NCBI GenBank assembly: GCA_040285745.1
Contig: JAUFOR010000004.1
Location: forward strand, 248,001-312,000
DNA: 64,000 nt
From: Barthelona sp. PCE
Lineage: Eukaryota
Reading direction: 5' to 3'
Within the stretch, counting starts at the first letter, position 1; every line of letters starts with the position of its first letter. Below are positions 30,340 to 41,165 of this stretch, piece after piece. The notes under the pieces are model-generated. The model searched no databases. It saw only the letters and a list, made by a program, of their open reading frames with translations, and was not told where the DNA came from. Both the position numbers and the translations under genes were made by a program.

Positions 30340-33300
30340 ATGTCCACGGACATAAGCTCCAGCCTGGAAAGAATTAAAAGCAATTTGAACGATGAAGCAG
30401 TCGCAAGAAATTTTTTTGGTGAACTGCTTTCGTTTTTTGGTATCTTACCATCTAATTTGGATTATGGTATACTCAACCAAGTGTCAGAATTCTTCAAGAC
30501 CAATGGTATATCATCTATTGATCTATTTCATTTTTGTAACAAACTTGACAATTTTACGACAGATAGTAGCTTAAACGAGACACACAAGCTTGATATCAAG
30601 GCGTTGGTTGTTGAATTCCTACGTTCTTATCGTGATGAAACTTTGATGCCTATTTTGAAAGATATTTTGTCTCATTTAAAGCAAACTTATCCATCATATA
30701 CGATAGGAAAGATCCATTCGCTCACACTGTTTGGAATCTATCGTTTATATAGATCTTTTGTGCGTAAATGCACAAAAGAAGAAACCAGTTTTTGTCCTTT
30801 TATACATATCATAAAAAGTTTTCATTATGGAATTGGAAAATTCTTTGTTAATCTAATTGATATTAAAGAATTTTATTTTTTGTTAAAAAATGAAAAAAAT
30901 CTTGTTGAAGATGTAGAATTATTTAGGGAATGTTTTAACAAACAACGTTTTTTTGGTTTTTTTGAATTGTTTTCTGAAGAATACTTTCAAATAGATGTTA
31001 TTAAAGTTGAGAATGATATCGAAAATATTGAAATATCAAAGATGTTGATCAATTTTTTAAAAATGCTCTTTGGAGATTATCAAGTGTTTCTTAAATTAAA
31101 AGCATCCCAAAAGGATGTTGTGTTCAACTTCTTTGTTGAAGGATTGGAAGGAAATGCTCCCATTGATTTTTTGAACACATTTCTGCTCCGACTGGAAAAT
31201 GATGAGTTGAGCGAAGATATCACTGATAATCGTAATATCTCGAGAGAAATTCAAACTTTATCACGTAAATTCGCCAAATCATTTCTGTTGAAACATATCG
31301 AGGTGTTACCTCATATATTTCGTCAGCTCTTTAGCGTTTGTCGTATTACCGCTAAGAAGATGTTTGTTATTCCAGACTTGGTTTTTTTCAGTACGCTCGT
31401 GCAGATATATAAGGATCTAAGTGAGTCATGTAATGTTCAACTAGTGTGTCTAGAAGATTTATTCAATTTTTTCTTTTTCGATGATACGCCTTCAACAAAA
31501 CTTGAATTATTGAGTCTTTTTGTGTCCTCCAAGCACTGTATCGACGAGGATATAACAAACATGATCCCGAATATATGTAATTACCTTATTGTTTTCAGCA
31601 CAATCACGATTTCACATGCGCCCAATTATCCATCGGTTCGGTTCAACACCGTCAGTGTGAATGGCACAGTAGGTGACAACAACTCAACCACAAAGTTTTA
31701 TCTGTACTATGATTTGATACAGAAGATTACCCAAAGTTTAAGCATTCTCATCAAGAAGCCAACAGGTTCGGTATTGCAGATATCAACAGCTTCTCATAGT
31801 TTGGAGAACATATCATCACGCAATTCATCATTAGTGAAGCGTAGTAATAATTCAACGTTGCGTACTGCAAAGATACAAGCAGGTTTACGTGCTCTTCCGG
31901 TGAAAATTCAGTTCTCATGTTTCTTCTATTACTTTTTTGGAGGCCTTCATTCAGATTTAGCACATAATTTCAAGGTTAGTTCGGAGAAGGTTCTATTAGC
32001 AGTTCTAAATGAGGCTGAGTTTTATGAATTGTACGAATATATCAGTAGGTCTAGTTCTTTTTGTTCAATTCAGATTTCATCACTGGAAACTCTAAAACCA
32101 CATCTTTTTGATCCGGATGTCTCTTCTGATCTGAACTCAATCATTGTGCAATTCTTCAAGGAGCTAAAGATCATGGACGTGACGCAAGTTGGTGGTTTTT
32201 CTCTATTTAGGGATTTGTTTAAATTTTTAATGAGTGCAGGTGTCATCAAGAAGAACGGATCGATATTAAGCTTTCATTTTTCCATCATTCGGATCTTTGC
32301 ATTGAACGCACAGCATGTTAGTCCACCGTATGATATGATCATTATGGAAAAATATTTTTTCAAGATGCTCTATTCGATCGCAGCCTTTATCTCATCGAAT
32401 ATCAAGAGTATTGACAGCATTAGGCTGATTGAAACACCAATTATGCGTATTTCATCACGTTTTAAGGCACGTATTAAGGGTTCACTTAAAAATTTTTCAT
32501 CCAAACAATCATCAGAATCAGTTATTTCCAGTCAGAGCGCACCTCAACTCCCAGAGACGGTCGAGTACAAGTTCTCACAGCCGACAACCCCTTCAACATC
32601 ACCGAAAGCGGAGGAAACAACAACACCCCCAGCAATTATTACAAAGTCCAAAACTTATTCGAATTCTCTAGCTTTTACACCAACTGAAGACCTAGTACCC
32701 CCACCGGGTATTGCTTTGAATCCAATATTGAAGAGTAAGGATTTGACTCAAGAACCGTTGCTAGGATCGCTTTCACCATCACCATCAGTCAATAATAGTG
32801 GATCCATGTTACGTAGCAACTCCAACACGTTTTCATTCAGTGATCTGCGGAAGAACACAAGTTTTGATTTTGGAGGTTTCACATCACTTTCATTTATTCC
32901 ACAACCATCCATTAATACAGTTATTAGCGATGAAGAGAGGGAGATCGCCAACGCAAAGGTCCTAGATTTTGTGCACAGTACATCATTTCAGACGTTACCA
33001 GAGGGCTTTGATAGTTTTATTGTTAAATTAGAGGAAAGTCAAGTTCTGTATGATAGTTTTGAGAAGAATTTCACCGAACAAATTCTTGCAATTGTTCGCA
33101 TGTTACCATCTCAACTTGAAAAGACTACATTTATTATTAGGTTTTTTGAACCTCAACTGAATGCTACATCTGAAATGGTAACGGAACTGAGTTCAATATC
33201 ACCCAAATTGTTCTGGTTGCACAGGTTCATGGCGAGCTATGCAGACTTCTTCAAGACTCTAAATCAGGAGATATCACCAGCATTCTCTTCTAACGCCGGT

Positions 33301-35562
33301 CTGTTGCGCGCAATCCTGAAATTCATCAATGTTGATTCGAGGATGCTTCGCGTTGAGACGACAACTGAGCTCTCAAAGTGGATAAGCACCCACTCTCGGG
33401 TACTTAATTTGTGCAAAGTTACAAACAAACCACAAGTGTCTAACGCTCCACAGCTTTTGGCAAAGGTCTTCCAGCACTCTGCTGTTTTGCAAACCTTCAA
33501 ACACATTCTTCATCTTGTGCCACGTTACCTTAATTTGTCCTCCAAATATAACAATTTGCGCAGTAAGTCAACAGTCCAGTTTGTAGACTACAAAATCATT
33601 TTGGGTCACCTGAATGACATGACTGCTGTTCTGAATGTTATTTACAGGAAAGCTATGTTCCTCAACGTTGATATCGTCCCATCTGTGCTGAATGTCCTGC
33701 GTGATCTGTTCGATGCCACTTATCTTTCACCATTCATTTCGAGTGTTCGTTTGACAGCAGCTCCACCACGATTCTTGAGGCTGGAGGCAATGAACTGGGT
33801 GTATTCCAACTCCCCATATCCGTTGAAGCTGTCAATGTATCAGGGAATGCCTCACAGGTTGGTCCTGATGGTTGATAAGGGCTTCCAGTTTAATCAATTC
33901 ATGGGTGTTGCTTTGGAGGCCAAGCCAGCCTTCTTTATCAGGCCGCATTCACATTACATTGTTGCGGACAACTCGAAGAAACTTGTTGTTGTCTCAGAAC
34001 CGTTCGACAAGACTTTGACCAGTGTCGTCCACAATATGGAGTTGTTCGAGAGCCAGAGACATGCCATTACCCAGTCGTTGCTTGAAGCTGTCCAGCATCT
34101 GCATCGTAACGGAACATATTGGGGCTGCGCTCACCCCCGTGCTATTTCAGTTGAAGTGAGCAAATCATCTGTTGCAGCCAAGATTTTCTGTTCCGGTATC
34201 TATAATGATAGTATGGAGATGCAACCTCGTTTATTGCGAATCATGCGAGCCAATGACGTTCGTAATTTACTGTGTATCCTTGCGTTTGTATGGTTTTACC
34301 CAGGAGTCAATTATACGACAGCTAGTCAGAACATAATGTCGGCTGATCTCTTTGCTGAGAACAATTTTGTTTTGTTTGATATGGTGCGTCGTTGTTTAAA
34401 ACCCGGGGTGACGCTCAACGAGTTGCCATCAATTGAGCACGTTAAGCAAGTGCTCAACTCTCAGTATCATCATACCTGTTCGTTTTGGATTGGGCAAACA
34501 TGCCTGGATTACGCACATCACGCACCTGTTTTGAACGCAACGGCACAGAATACTAATTCATCATCTTCGTTCTTCAACAACACAACGGTCCTCACACCAG
34601 TTACAAAGGCGAAAGATATTCTCATTGATCAGGGAGATATGACAAAAACCGAGTTCTTCGAGCACTTGCTAACACAGAGCCCCGTTGTACAGTTCATAAG
34701 TAACCTCACCGTCAACCTCTCCAAATTATCCTCGATTAAAGTTCGTTTGCGCAGTGAAGAGGAATATTACTCGTTGTCGACTGTATTGTGGGATCTTCTA
34801 ATTTTATTCTTAAAGGATACAAGTACGTTCAGGCAGGAGCATTATGATTTGTATATACCCATTGAGAATCTACCGTACGATCGTGGATTCATATTCGGTC
34901 GATTGTTTTTGCTTTTGTTTGTTCTTGGTGTTCAGCTTCCCCCATTATTAATGTCACCGTTCCCCCTATTCGTCGTTTCTCACGATTATGAGTTGTTCCT
35001 TAATGATGATTCCTGGAACTTTTCGAGTGGTTTCCCATTTGTTGGTTTCGAATTCGGTAAACAAGCTTTTGAGCTTAACAATGATTCTTCACAAAATTTA
35101 CATGTCCAGTACCGCAAGCTCTTCCTCGAGAAGTATGGTACATTTGCTGAAGGAATTCGCGCTGGGTTTCAAACATGTAATATCGTTAAGTTCCTTTCTC
35201 ATAATTTGTTAATGAAGCGTTTTTCAAGTGATTCGATTTGGACAGATTTGTGCAGATGGAAGTATAATGTCCGTTTCAAATCGATATCTCGTGAAGTTCG
35301 TGACATTTTTACCTCTACTTTCCGCTCTCTACCAGAATTATGTCAGCTTCTATTTTGGAATGGTGTATTTGTTGATTGTGATGCGATAGTAGTTAAATTA
35401 CTTCCTCAGCCGCTCAACTTTTGTGTGCTCGCTGTTGGAGATACCAGTGCATTCTTTATTCCAGATATTGTTGACAGTTCAGTATTGAGCAATGTCATTT
35501 TAAGTTATTTATTTAATAATATAAGTAATTTTTCCATGTTTTCAGCCCCAGATAAACAATAA
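30340..35562 (+). CDS. Large protein with helical N-terminus, pseudokinase and degenerate HECT-like C-terminus
   Basis: 5.2-kb ORF; ITQSLLEAVQHLHRNGTYWGCAHPRAISV...AKIFCSG is a kinase C-lobe lacking HRD/DFG; IKVRLRSEE...FIFGRLFLLLFVLGVQLP...AEGIRAGF...FFIPD follows HECT pattern. Confidence 0.7.
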   Translation: MSTDISSSLERIKSNLNDEAVARNFFGELLSFFGILPSNLDYGILNQVSEFFKTNGISSIDLFHFCNKLDNFTTDSSLNETHKLDIKALVVEFLRSYRDETLMPILKDILSHLKQTYPSYTIGKIHSLTLFGIYRLYRSFVRKCTKEETSFCPFIHIIKSFHYGIGKFFVNLIDIKEFYFLLKNEKNLVEDVELFRECFNKQRFFGFFELFSEEYFQIDVIKVENDIENIEISKMLINFLKMLFGDYQVFLKLKASQKDVVFNFFVEGLEGNAPIDFLNTFLLRLENDELSEDITDNRNISREIQTLSRKFAKSFLLKHIEVLPHIFRQLFSVCRITAKKMFVIPDLVFFSTLVQIYKDLSESCNVQLVCLEDLFNFFFFDDTPSTKLELLSLFVSSKHCIDEDITNMIPNICNYLIVFSTITISHAPNYPSVRFNTVSVNGTVGDNNSTTKFYLYYDLIQKITQSLSILIKKPTGSVLQISTASHSLENISSRNSSLVKRSNNSTLRTAKIQAGLRALPVKIQFSCFFYYFFGGLHSDLAHNFKVSSEKVLLAVLNEAEFYELYEYISRSSSFCSIQISSLETLKPHLFDPDVSSDLNSIIVQFFKELKIMDVTQVGGFSLFRDLFKFLMSAGVIKKNGSILSFHFSIIRIFALNAQHVSPPYDMIIMEKYFFKMLYSIAAFISSNIKSIDSIRLIETPIMRISSRFKARIKGSLKNFSSKQSSESVISSQSAPQLPETVEYKFSQPTTPSTSPKAEETTTPPAIITKSKTYSNSLAFTPTEDLVPPPGIALNPILKSKDLTQEPLLGSLSPSPSVNNSGSMLRSNSNTFSFSDLRKNTSFDFGGFTSLSFIPQPSINTVISDEEREIANAKVLDFVHSTSFQTLPEGFDSFIVKLEESQVLYDSFEKNFTEQILAIVRMLPSQLEKTTFIIRFFEPQLNATSEMVTELSSISPKLFWLHRFMASYADFFKTLNQEISPAFSSNAGLLRAILKFINVDSRMLRVETTTELSKWISTHSRVLNLCKVTNKPQVSNAPQLLAKVFQHSAVLQTFKHILHLVPRYLNLSSKYNNLRSKSTVQFVDYKIILGHLNDMTAVLNVIYRKAMFLNVDIVPSVLNVLRDLFDATYLSPFISSVRLTAAPPRFLRLEAMNWVYSNSPYPLKLSMYQGMPHRLVLMVDKGFQFNQFMGVALEAKPAFFIRPHSHYIVADNSKKLVVVSEPFDKTLTSVVHNMELFESQRHAITQSLLEAVQHLHRNGTYWGCAHPRAISVEVSKSSVAAKIFCSGIYNDSMEMQPRLLRIMRANDVRNLLCILAFVWFYPGVNYTTASQNIMSADLFAENNFVLFDMVRRCLKPGVTLNELPSIEHVKQVLNSQYHHTCSFWIGQTCLDYAHHAPVLNATAQNTNSSSSFFNNTTVLTPVTKAKDILIDQGDMTKTEFFEHLLTQSPVVQFISNLTVNLSKLSSIKVRLRSEEEYYSLSTVLWDLLILFLKDTSTFRQEHYDLYIPIENLPYDRGFIFGRLFLLLFVLGVQLPPLLMSPFPLFVVSHDYELFLNDDSWNFSSGFPFVGFEFGKQAFELNNDSSQNLHVQYRKLFLEKYGTFAEGIRAGFQTCNIVKFLSHNLLMKRFSSDSIWTDLCRWKYNVRFKSISREVRDIFTSTFRSLPELCQLLFWNGVFVDCDAIVVKLLPQPLNFCVLAVGDTSAFFIPDIVDSSVLSNVILSYLFNNISNFSMFSAPDKQ

Positions 35563-35616
35563 TTGTTTTTTTATCCCCATATAATTATCCAATAAAAATG
35601 ATTTTTTTTTACACTT

Positions 35617-37323
35617 TTATTTTTTGCTGGGAGATATGATACTGTCTGTTAATCTATGTAATTCATCATTCATAACATTTAAACGATCTAAAGAAGTTGG
35701 GGTAGGTCGTGAACGATCTCTGTGTAAAGATGAGTTAATAGGGTCAACTTTTCGTCGTAAACGTCGGACTTGTCCTAATAATTTTTGGTTTTCATCCTGT
35801 AAGCGTTCAAGTTTTTCAATTGGCACATAATTAGTAGTTTTTTCTTGCAATCCTATTAATTTTTCAATGGTACTGCCCAAAGACTCTCTTAACTTCTTAT
35901 TTTCCTCAAGTTTGAGTAAATTCTTCTCTCGCATGGTTGAAACCTTCCCATTAGCTTCACTAATATCAAGCTTTAACAATCTATTTTCTTCTAGAACTGT
36001 GCTATACTTATCTGGATCGTAATCCTTCAGCTGCTTTCTTAAATCAGATCTTTCAGTCCTTAGCTTATTGATCTTGTCATGTAGCTCCTTTTCAACTTCT
36101 CTAAAACTTGCTTCAAGTTCCACACGCCGACCTTTCTCCTTATCTTTCACGTTCTTAAAAAGTTTCTTTAATGTTGAAGGTAATTGTTTGACAAGTGCTA
36201 CAACATCATCTTCTGCATCAACATCACTGTAAGAAGGGAAAAAAACTCTCACTAAATTTTTCAGAAGCGCAAACCATTCTTCGTTCTTCACCTCATGCTG
36301 TAATTTTTTTAATTTCATTTCATGCATTTCAGCTTGTAAATCTGAAATTTCAGCTTCTTGGCATATAGTTTGTTGTATTAACTTATTTTCTGTACTTTTT
36401 TGCGTTTCCTCTTGTTCATCTCGATGTTGATACATGTTTTCAAGTTTCTGCGTCATCTGATCCAGCTCATCCACCAACTTTGAGTTTAATTCACTGAGTT
36501 CAACCTCTCTAACACCTACTTTTGAAATTTGAAGCTCCAATTGTTGAATAGTCTCATCCTTTTCTTCCACAATCGCTTTATGGTTATCTATCATTGTATG
36601 AACTCTAGTCTGCTCATCTGCAACAGCCTTTTTCATTTCATCATGTGAAGCTGTCCTTAATTCTTCAACATTTTCATTCAAATTATTTATGACTAATTGT
36701 AATTCCGAAATGTTTTGTTCAAACATCTTTTTTTCTTCTGTGAACTCCTTTTCACGAGTCTCCATCTCCTGGATACGATTGTTTAACGTTTTTGTTTGTT
36801 CAACCTCTGTTTGAAGCTCTGTTTGTAGATGATGGACGGTTTCTTCATATGTGGTAAGAGAGTCTTTTTGTTGCCTTAAATCAGTGATTAACTCATGCTC
36901 TGTGGTCTTTTTGATGTCAAACTCTTGCTCATAGCTCACTAAATTGTCTTTTAGTTCTTGATTCTCTGATTCCAAATTTTCTATGGTTTCTTTTGCGTCT
37001 TTCAGTAATATTCGTTGCTTCTCAAATTCTTCTACAACATCAATACCGTCAAGTAGTCGGTCTGTTATATGTTCTACTGATAAACCTGTTGTGGCGGATA
37101 GTTGATCGGTTAAATCAACTATCTTCAACCGAAGGTCGAAATTGGAACGTCGTAGATTCTCGATCATGTCACGCAATTCAAGGAGCGACTGCGACTGGAT
37201 ATCATCATCGCTGATATCCTCGTTAAAATCCCGATTTGCATTAGTATACTCAATTTGAAGCTCTTCCGCTTGATTTGGTACAGTTGGTGTGGAAGGGAAC
37301 AGCAAGTTCTCAAAGTCGTTCAT
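35617..37323 (-). CDS. CM1 (centrosomin N-terminal motif 1) coiled-coil protein, gamma-TuRC recruiter-like
   Basis: SLLELRDMIENLRRSNFDLRLKIVDLTDQL matches CM1 consensus (..LKKENFxLKLRIxxLEE) followed by a long coiled coil. Confidence 0.75.
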   Translation of the reverse strand: MNDFENLLFPSTPTVPNQAEELQIEYTNANRDFNEDISDDDIQSQSLLELRDMIENLRRSNFDLRLKIVDLTDQLSATTGLSVEHITDRLLDGIDVVEEFEKQRILLKDAKETIENLESENQELKDNLVSYEQEFDIKKTTEHELITDLRQQKDSLTTYEETVHHLQTELQTEVEQTKTLNNRIQEMETREKEFTEEKKMFEQNISELQLVINNLNENVEELRTASHDEMKKAVADEQTRVHTMIDNHKAIVEEKDETIQQLELQISKVGVREVELSELNSKLVDELDQMTQKLENMYQHRDEQEETQKSTENKLIQQTICQEAEISDLQAEMHEMKLKKLQHEVKNEEWFALLKNLVRVFFPSYSDVDAEDDVVALVKQLPSTLKKLFKNVKDKEKGRRVELEASFREVEKELHDKINKLRTERSDLRKQLKDYDPDKYSTVLEENRLLKLDISEANGKVSTMREKNLLKLEENKKLRESLGSTIEKLIGLQEKTTNYVPIEKLERLQDENQKLLGQVRRLRRKVDPINSSLHRDRSRPTPTSLDRLNVMNDELHRLTDSIISPSKK

Positions 37324-37422
37324 TTTCCTATCATAAAGCCCCAAAAATATGGTGTAAAAGCTTAATAAAAAAGAATTCGTGTTTGTGAGTTTCTTTCTTA
37401 TTACATTCTAAATTCATAAAAT

Positions 37423-39051
37423 ATGTCGACCACAACTCTCGAATCGTTCTCTATGAACAAAGCTCTTGAGGGCTATCTTAAAAAGAAACAAGTTATTCCA
37501 AGTGATGAAGAAGTTAATCGTCGTTTACAAGCATTGCGTATTCTGCAAACAGTTGCTAACCGCTGGTGCATGGTCTGTAGTCAGAAGCACTTTGGTCACA
37601 AGATTCATGTGTCAAACTGTGCTGTTAAAATTATGACAACCGGTTCTTATCGTTTGGGAGCATTCAATCCAGGGTCAGACATCGACACAGTCATCGTATG
37701 TCCTTCTCATTTGTCTCGTACAGATTTCTGGGATAACTTTTTACCAATGCTTGAATCACATCCTGAAGTTAAGGATATAACACCCGTTCGTGATGCAAAG
37801 GTGCCCATCATCAAGTGCCATATTAAGGATATTGATATTGATATCCTTCAAGCAGTGACTTCAATGCAGTATTCAACTGAAAGCATTGACGTACTCGATG
37901 ACAACATACTTGAAGCAATGGACAGCACCTGTATCCTCTCAATCAACGGTGTGCGCCACGCTGAAGCTATCCTTAAGGAATTACCGGATCTTACTCGATA
38001 TCAGTTGCTGTTGCGCGCAGTTAAACAGTGGGCAAAGGCTCGTGGTATCCTGAATAACGCTATGGGGTACCTCAACGGCGTTTCGTGCGCTATCATGGCC
38101 GCAGTGGTTGCCAAGGATAACCCGAACGCACTGCCTAGTGTTTTGTTTGCGAAATTTTTCAAGTATTGGATGGATTATGACTTTACAATGCCGGTTCGCC
38201 TCTGTGACACCGAGTCTACAGCTGTTTGCGCGGTTCCGGAGTGGCGTGTGAACATATCAAGGCCGGAATGTATGGTTGTCCTCACTCCCATCTTTCCTGC
38301 GTTTAATTCTATGCTTCGTACAAAAGCATCACACCTTCAGCTTATTTACGAGGAAATCTGCCGTGCTAACACCATTCTAGAAACGCTGACACGTCACTCA
38401 ATTGGATCGGTTGGAAAGAAGAAGTATAAGGGGTTGTGTAAGGCAGTGTATTCAAAGGTATTTAAGGAAAGGAAGTTTTTCTTCTGCTATAAGACATTCT
38501 TGCAAATCAGTATTCCAACGGAGCATAGCGGTCTTATGGAGTCAAAGATGGCTACGATTGTAGATAATCTGCAGAAATATGTCACGCCAAGGTATTCCGC
38601 CTATGATCAGTTCCATCCTTTAAGTTACGGAATTGAGAATCCACAAGCTAATGTCCCAACAATGACTTACTTTGTTGGTTTACATATTGATAAAGATGAG
38701 CAGAAAAAGCTGATCGAAAGGCAAGCCAATGTTATGTTGAAACAAAGACTCGATATTACTGATGCCTTGTCACGTATGCGAACCGAATCAGAATGGATGG
38801 TGTTTAATGTATGTGAAAACTCATCATTACCTTCATTCCTTGAGGTTAACATCGAAGAAAATCCAAAATATCATTCTGAACGAGCTAAAGAGGAAGAGGA
38901 AGCGACTGTTGATGAAGCTCAACAGAAGAAAAGAACTGCAACTCAAATGGAAGGAGATGTCCATGATTCATCAGCAAAACAGATAAAGATTGAAAATAAT
39001 CAAGTTCTAGCACGTCCAACAATATCTTTAATCACAAGAACAGTCAGCTAG
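37423..39051 (+). CDS. PAP1: Canonical nuclear poly(A) polymerase
   Basis: GSYRLG...SDIDT, DAKVPIIK, IDIDI, SINGVR, LRAVKQWAKARG, GYLNGVS, PNALPSVL, MVVLTP.FPAFNS. Confidence 0.95.
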   Translation: MSTTTLESFSMNKALEGYLKKKQVIPSDEEVNRRLQALRILQTVANRWCMVCSQKHFGHKIHVSNCAVKIMTTGSYRLGAFNPGSDIDTVIVCPSHLSRTDFWDNFLPMLESHPEVKDITPVRDAKVPIIKCHIKDIDIDILQAVTSMQYSTESIDVLDDNILEAMDSTCILSINGVRHAEAILKELPDLTRYQLLLRAVKQWAKARGILNNAMGYLNGVSCAIMAAVVAKDNPNALPSVLFAKFFKYWMDYDFTMPVRLCDTESTAVCAVPEWRVNISRPECMVVLTPIFPAFNSMLRTKASHLQLIYEEICRANTILETLTRHSIGSVGKKKYKGLCKAVYSKVFKERKFFFCYKTFLQISIPTEHSGLMESKMATIVDNLQKYVTPRYSAYDQFHPLSYGIENPQANVPTMTYFVGLHIDKDEQKKLIERQANVMLKQRLDITDALSRMRTESEWMVFNVCENSSLPSFLEVNIEENPKYHSERAKEEEEATVDEAQQKKRTATQMEGDVHDSSAKQIKIENNQVLARPTISLITRTVS

Positions 39052-39708
39052 TTCTATTTCATTCGTTATGATGATTTTCATGACTACATGCTTGTTATCA
39101 GAGCGAAACGACGGCTGAGGGTTCGTCAGTGTAAGTTTCACCTTGACATAAGGCTTACTAGAGTGTAAACCGATACTATCAACACTGTGATGCAAACAAA
39201 TAGGTTCAGTACCATTCAGCTTGTAACTATCGCACAACTGCTTCAGCTTATTGAGTGCCGCTTCGGGGCAAGAGAATGTCTGCTTATTCAAAAAAACGTC
39301 AGAAATTATATTCATTCCAGCAGCAATATGTCTGTTTAAAATGTCGGTATACGACTCAAATGGATTGTTCCAAATCAGGTGGTGTAGTCCTGTTACCCAT
39401 GTTGGATGGAATATATCTAATAAAAACGAGCTTTTTGTAACATATGGAGAGAATTTTTTGGAAAAGATATTTTCATCCCTTGCAAAAGGTACTATTCCAC
39501 TTTGGAAGGTGTTTGATTGCGTTTTGAGGAGGGAATACTTTGACTCTTTATCGAAATCAATGAATATTTGATGTTTTGGAGGATTACTTGCAAACTCTCG
39601 CATTAGAGGTCTTTCTCCCTTATATAATCCCCTCTGTATCGTTGAAGCAGCCCCCTTGAGCACCCCCAAAGGATTTAAACCTTTCAGCACTCGATGAAAA
39701 AGTGACAT
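39028..39708 (-). CDS. Hypothetical protein (226 aa) with basic, acid-free N-terminus
   Basis: ATG-started ORF; 3' overlap of 24 nt with PAP; no family recognised. Confidence 0.55.
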   Translation of the reverse strand: MSLFHRVLKGLNPLGVLKGAASTIQRGLYKGERPLMREFASNPPKHQIFIDFDKESKYSLLKTQSNTFQSGIVPFARDENIFSKKFSPYVTKSSFLLDIFHPTWVTGLHHLIWNNPFESYTDILNRHIAAGMNIISDVFLNKQTFSCPEAALNKLKQLCDSYKLNGTEPICLHHSVDSIGLHSSKPYVKVKLTLTNPQPSFRSDNKHVVMKIIITNEIELADCSCD

Positions 39709-39788
39709 ATAGATAAAGCATGTTTACTATGGTTCTTTTAATAAAACCTTTACAAACTAAAGCGAAAACCACTTGTTATGTTGGAAAA

Positions 39789-41165
39789 TTAAGGACAAGC
39801 CTTAATAAGCTTACAACCGAACTCGGCCAAGGAAGTCTCAGCTTCAGGGAGAATACTGGGGAGAAGTGACTTGCAAAGGGCTTGGTAATCAGCAGGGACA
39901 TGATCACAGATCTCATCGACAACATCTAACTCGGTAACGAACTCGTTTAAGAACATGTTAATGGTAGACTTACACTTATCACAATCATTAACCTTCTTTT
40001 TGTTAATGGCTTCAGCGGGACAGAGACCAATTGAGGGGCAAATAAGATGGGATTCAATACCGTTAATGAGGTATTGGATCAAAACGGGGCCAAAACGATT
40101 GATATAATTATCACATTCGGTGCGGTACTCACTAGGGAAGTACTTATCGCACACATTCTCGAAGAATTCAATGATCTCTTGGTCAGTCTTGGTATCCTTC
40201 AGCTCGTAATCAACAAGATAAAGAACATATCTGCAGAGCTCACATTCGACAACACCCTCAGTTACGGGGGCAGTGGGAGCATCACAGACGTTCAACCAAC
40301 CACACATTTGCTTGGGATCAAGCTTAGAAACGAGCCATTCAATGACAGAGTCACCGTATTGGTGAACGAAGTTAACACATTGTGCCTTATGCTTCTTTGA
40401 AAGAGTGCATACGTGCTTATCAATAAATTCTTCAATATATTGACGAGTAGAGTCCTTATCAATGTATTCCTCAACGAGTTCAACGATTTCCTCACAGACA
40501 GGGCACCAGATTCCATTGGAAGGAGCCTCAATGACGAGTTGGTTGGTGGCAGGACAAATCTTGAAGGTTTGGCAGATAACCTTGCTGTTAAAGCGGTTGA
40601 CCATCCACTCGATGATTTGACCACCGTAGTTCTCAACAATGGTATCACATTGAGCTCTTAAGGACTTGGCGTGCTTGCAAACGTGCTTCTGGACGAAGTT
40701 AACGATAGCCTGCTCGGAAGTGGTCTCGGTGATGAAAGCCTCGGCTTTATCAACAATGAAAGCACAAGCAGAGCACTTCCAGTCATTGGTGGCAGGAACG
40801 ACAGTCTCAGTAGGGCAAGCGTGAATAGCCTGGCAAAGATACTCAGGATCCCACTTGTTCAAAAGATAAGTAATGATCTGGGGGAAAGAGTTCTCAACAA
40901 GGGTTACACATTGACCTTCATACTTGCTGGGGAGTAAGTGACAAACCTTCTTCTCGACGAATAAGGTAATTTCTTGCTCGGTACGCTCGCTCAGGAGGAA
41001 GCTCTTGAGCTTATCAGAGACGAGGACACAAGCTTGACAGAGGAAACCGTTGTCAGTTTCCATATTTTTAAGAGGGATGTGGTTGACCACATTGTTCTCT
41101 TTAAGAGGAATATGAGCGCTGGCAGCTAAAACTAAACAGATAAACAAAACAGCGAATGACTTCAT
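39789..41165 (-). CDS. Prosaposin-like precursor with signal peptide and five saposin-B domains
   Basis: MKSFAVLFICLVLAASA signal; five C-x2-C...C...C...C-x5-C modules; biased codon usage. Confidence 0.93.
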   Translation of the reverse strand: MKSFAVLFICLVLAASAHIPLKENNVVNHIPLKNMETDNGFLCQACVLVSDKLKSFLLSERTEQEITLFVEKKVCHLLPSKYEGQCVTLVENSFPQIITYLLNKWDPEYLCQAIHACPTETVVPATNDWKCSACAFIVDKAEAFITETTSEQAIVNFVQKHVCKHAKSLRAQCDTIVENYGGQIIEWMVNRFNSKVICQTFKICPATNQLVIEAPSNGIWCPVCEEIVELVEEYIDKDSTRQYIEEFIDKHVCTLSKKHKAQCVNFVHQYGDSVIEWLVSKLDPKQMCGWLNVCDAPTAPVTEGVVECELCRYVLYLVDYELKDTKTDQEIIEFFENVCDKYFPSEYRTECDNYINRFGPVLIQYLINGIESHLICPSIGLCPAEAINKKKVNDCDKCKSTINMFLNEFVTELDVVDEICDHVPADYQALCKSLLPSILPEAETSLAEFGCKLIKACP

